Positions 61,223-63,223 of a DNA stretch of 63,223 bases are shown piece after piece; positions within the stretch are counted from its first letter, which is position 1, and each line of letters starts with the position of its first letter. The notes under the pieces are model-generated. The model saw only the letters and a program-made list of their open reading frames with translations, was not told where the DNA came from and did no database searches. Origin of the DNA: Candidatus Parcubacteria bacterium (GTDB lineage: Bacteria; Patescibacteriota; Minisyncoccia; Phycocordibacterales; JAKAEA01); the NCBI GenBank assembly GCA_019661945.1, contig JAIFWI010000006.1, positions 1 to 63,223 of the forward strand. The letters are read 5' to 3'. The position numbers and the translations under genes are program-made.

Positions 61223-62080
61223 TTACTGTACGAATTGAGACGTTGCCAGCCGACCGATTATTTCAGCAAAGGTTTCTTCATTGGTTGTCATGACGATTGT
61301 CTCTTTATCAGTCAGAGCATAATAGAGCACTGGCTGACCAGCTGCATTCTTGGCAATACGGACGTCTTTGTTTCGAATAATTGCGTCGCTAAAGGTGTAT
61401 GTTGAAGTTGGATTTTCAGCAAAGTGCACTGATGAGACAAAAAGAGGCTGGACATCTTCAACCATGGTCTTTTCCCAGGCAATCATGCCCGAAAAAGCAG
61501 TTTCATATGAACTTGTTTTAAAAATAATAAAGGGTTCATTAAATTCTGTACCGGTGTGATAGCCTAAGACATAATCTGGTTGAAGAGCCCGAACAAAGTA
61601 CGAAGGAATGCTACCAAAGGCTCCAGCAATACTTTCAACAGGAATTGGAATCTGAACTGCCGTTGTGGTAGCTAAAATAAATGAAAAACGTACTAACGAT
61701 CCGGGTGCGGTATTAAGAAGAATGGTGCCATCATTGATTGCCTCTTCTAAATACTGGCCAGGAGCAATAGGGATAATCAATTTACCCTCAGTAGCAATGA
61801 TATCAGCTTTAGTGATAGACGGTGGAGCAGTCTGACTCAGTCGGCGTTGAATGCCAAAAATAATAAGCGCGGCCAGGACACAGCCGAAAAGTAAAATGAG
61901 ACTAATCGGTAACAGCCAAATATTTTTTTTAACTTCAATAATCGGTTCAGATTGTTTTTTTTGATTCTGCGATACAGCGATATCGAGCATTGAGAGTTCT
62001 TTTCCTTTCAATGTATCAGCAAGATCACTGCTGTAGGTGTGAATAGGAGGCAGTGGAGACTTCTTTTTTTCATCTTCCAT
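61223..62080 (-). CDS. Hypothetical single-pass membrane protein
   Basis: 285 aa with one TM segment (WLLPISLILLFGCVLAALIIFGI). No known motif. Confidence 0.55.
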   Translation of the reverse strand: MEDEKKKSPLPPIHTYSSDLADTLKGKELSMLDIAVSQNQKKQSEPIIEVKKNIWLLPISLILLFGCVLAALIIFGIQRRLSQTAPPSITKADIIATEGKLIIPIAPGQYLEEAINDGTILLNTAPGSLVRFSFILATTTAVQIPIPVESIAGAFGSIPSYFVRALQPDYVLGYHTGTEFNEPFIIFKTSSYETAFSGMIAWEKTMVEDVQPLFVSSVHFAENPTSTYTFSDAIIRNKDVRIAKNAAGQPVLYYALTDKETIVMTTNEETFAEIIGRLATSQFVQ

Positions 62081-62103
62081 GTCTCTAGTATATCACTCTT
62101 GAG

Positions 62104-62132
62104 TTGACTCATGAAGCAGTCTCATCTACACT
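62104..62132 (+). promoter_or_regulatory. Sigma70-like promoter for the small high-GC ORF
   Basis: TTGACT (62104-62109), a 17-nt spacer and TACACT (62127-62132). Confidence 0.4.
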
Positions 62133-62179
62133 AAAAAAAGCGTCGCACATTTTTGTTTCTTTTTTGCATGGAGGCCCAT

Positions 62180-62347
62180 ATGAAAGCCACTTTGCCGGAC
62201 AGCGATTCTGTTCGCCTGAACTGTGCGGAGTCGACTGAACAGGACCCACACAAGCCTCAGCCGCCCGCCCCACGTCAACCCGAGCAGTCAACGTCGCCGC
62301 GCCAGCTACACGTCAACGACGCCTGGCTCCCGCAAGTCGAGAACTGA
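62180..62347 (+). CDS. Small hypothetical Pro/Gln-rich protein, compositionally foreign (high GC)
   Basis: 55 aa from MKATLPDSDS. RBS GGAGG (62170-62174) lies 5 nt upstream. 40/60 G+C at 62221-62280. Its short length makes coding status uncertain. Confidence 0.4.
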   Translation: MKATLPDSDSVRLNCAESTEQDPHKPQPPAPRQPEQSTSPRQLHVNDAWLPQVEN

Positions 62348-62370
62348 TTCGCCGCCGGACGAAACAAAAA

Positions 62371-62398
62371 AGCCCCGCCTCTCTGAGAGGTCGGGGCT
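62371..62398. terminator. Bidirectional intrinsic terminator
   Basis: agccccg..cggggct stem with A/T runs on both sides. Lies between the small high-GC ORF and the NYN gene. Confidence 0.65.
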
Positions 62399-62417
62399 TT
62401 TTCTTTACTGTTTTGAA

Positions 62418-63032
62418 TTACTCAGCTTCTTTTTCTTCTCTTGGCTCGAGGACAGGCATTTCTACCTTATCCATTTTGTCCATCTTAGGTCGGAAACCTT
62501 TGAGACGTTTATCATTGCGCGGATTGTAGCCGAGCAAGTATTTTCGAGGATTAGCTGAAAGATCGATGAATTCATCGGCTGCTTCCTTAAGGCGCTGGGA
62601 AGATGAGGCTCCAAACGAAGCTACTTCTACCTGACAGCCTTGATTTGTTTGTAAATATTCAACGAGGGGAATAAAATCGCCGTCGCCGGAGATAATAATA
62701 ACGGTATCGAGCTTTGGAGCCATTTTAATAGCATCCACAGCAATACCGACATCCCAATCGGCTTTCTTGGCACCGCCCATGAAGATTTGAAGATCTTTGG
62801 TCTTAGCTTCAATGCCCATTTTACCGAGAGCATCGAAAAAGTTTCGCTCGTCACCTGCCTCAGTCGTAATGACATAAGCAATGGCTCGAATGAGGGCTCG
62901 TCCGGCCAATACGTCTTTAACGACTTGACCGAAGTTTACCCGAGACTGATAGAGATTCTTTGCAGTATGATAAAGATTTTGCGCATCTATGAAAATTCCG
63001 ACGCGCTGCTCCTTGTGTTTAATAACTGACAT
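62418..63032 (-). CDS. NYN-domain (LabA/DUF88-like) protein
   Basis: 204 aa. VGIFIDAQNLYHTAKNLY and IIISGDGDFIPLVEYLQ are the conserved acidic motifs of NYN/LabA nucleases. Confidence 0.75.
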   Translation of the reverse strand: MSVIKHKEQRVGIFIDAQNLYHTAKNLYQSRVNFGQVVKDVLAGRALIRAIAYVITTEAGDERNFFDALGKMGIEAKTKDLQIFMGGAKKADWDVGIAVDAIKMAPKLDTVIIISGDGDFIPLVEYLQTNQGCQVEVASFGASSSQRLKEAADEFIDLSANPRKYLLGYNPRNDKRLKGFRPKMDKMDKVEMPVLEPREEKEAE

Positions 63033-63121
63033 AAAAATGATTACAGATTAAAAAATAAATGTACATGCCTCCAAAAGTATAAAAAGAACAATAAAAGCGT
63101 GATTGCTCACGCCTTATTGTA

Positions 63122-63223
63122 TTATGATTTCTTCTTTAAGTTAAGCTTTTTCACTAAAGCGCTGTATCGCTTGGTGTCTTTCTTCTGAAGATAATTCAGG
63201 TGAGTCTGGCGGCTGGCAACCAT
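63122..63223 (-). CDS. rpsO: 30S ribosomal protein S15; 5' end cut off by the window edge
   Basis: The reverse translation ..VASRQTHLNYLQKKDTKRYSALVKKLNLKKKS* matches the S15 C-terminus pattern (RRKLLDYLKRKD..RY..L...LGLR). Confidence 0.7.
   Translation of the reverse strand: MVASRQTHLNYLQKKDTKRYSALVKKLNLKKKS

Overview
This is a gene-dense, low-GC window. Hand counts give 16/60 G+C at 21301-21360 and 19/60 at 33661-33720; core genes look nearer 40% by eye. The gene content looks like a reduced-genome Patescibacteria/CPR-type bacterium: a short YidC, PilB plus GFTLIELL-type pilins, a VirB4/VirB6/PrgI cluster and many small secreted or TM orphans. That taxonomic call is inference only. UGA, UAA and UAG all serve as stops.

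Core content:
- Replication origin neighbourhood: dnaN-dnaA with perfect TTATCCACA boxes, followed by rpmH-rnpA-yidC.
- DNA replication and repair: ruvA, ruvB, ruvC, polA, holA-like, fpg, pcrA, comM.
- Cell wall genes: Mur ligase, amidase, PBP1A, an L,D-transpeptidase/DD-carboxypeptidase fusion, and a LysM-M23 peptidase.
- Type IV pilus parts: pilB, two pilins and a 1120-aa adhesin-like protein.
- One clear tRNA-Lys(UUU) and one atypical tRNA-like gene with a CAU anticodon.

Items worth a second look:
1. A 12-gene co-directional T4SS-derived operon (39982-52235) with no coupling protein, relaxase or VirB11 in view.
2. An accessory array (20.8-26.3 kb) of seven unrelated small genes. They are punctuated by six copies of a roughly 40-nt GC-rich element with a T-arm-like hairpin.
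3. Inside that array, a roughly 430-nt promoter-to-terminator unit with no credible ORF, likely a structured ncRNA. It lies next to an orphan protein whose RBS and ATG carry a perfect 60-bp tandem duplication.
4. Five sharply bounded high-GC single-gene inserts (55-72% G+C by hand count). Each sits behind an AT-rich sigma70-like promoter and next to a GC hairpin. One is an RTX-repeat protein with a planctomycete-style LESRQL leader.
5. A family of short GC-rich semi-palindromic elements inserted in frame into holA, polA, pcrA, ksgA and the VirB6-like gene, with further intergenic copies.

Limits: all homology calls come from reading motifs by eye. No database search, RNA folding or covariance test was run. 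Boundaries of non-coding features are approximate.
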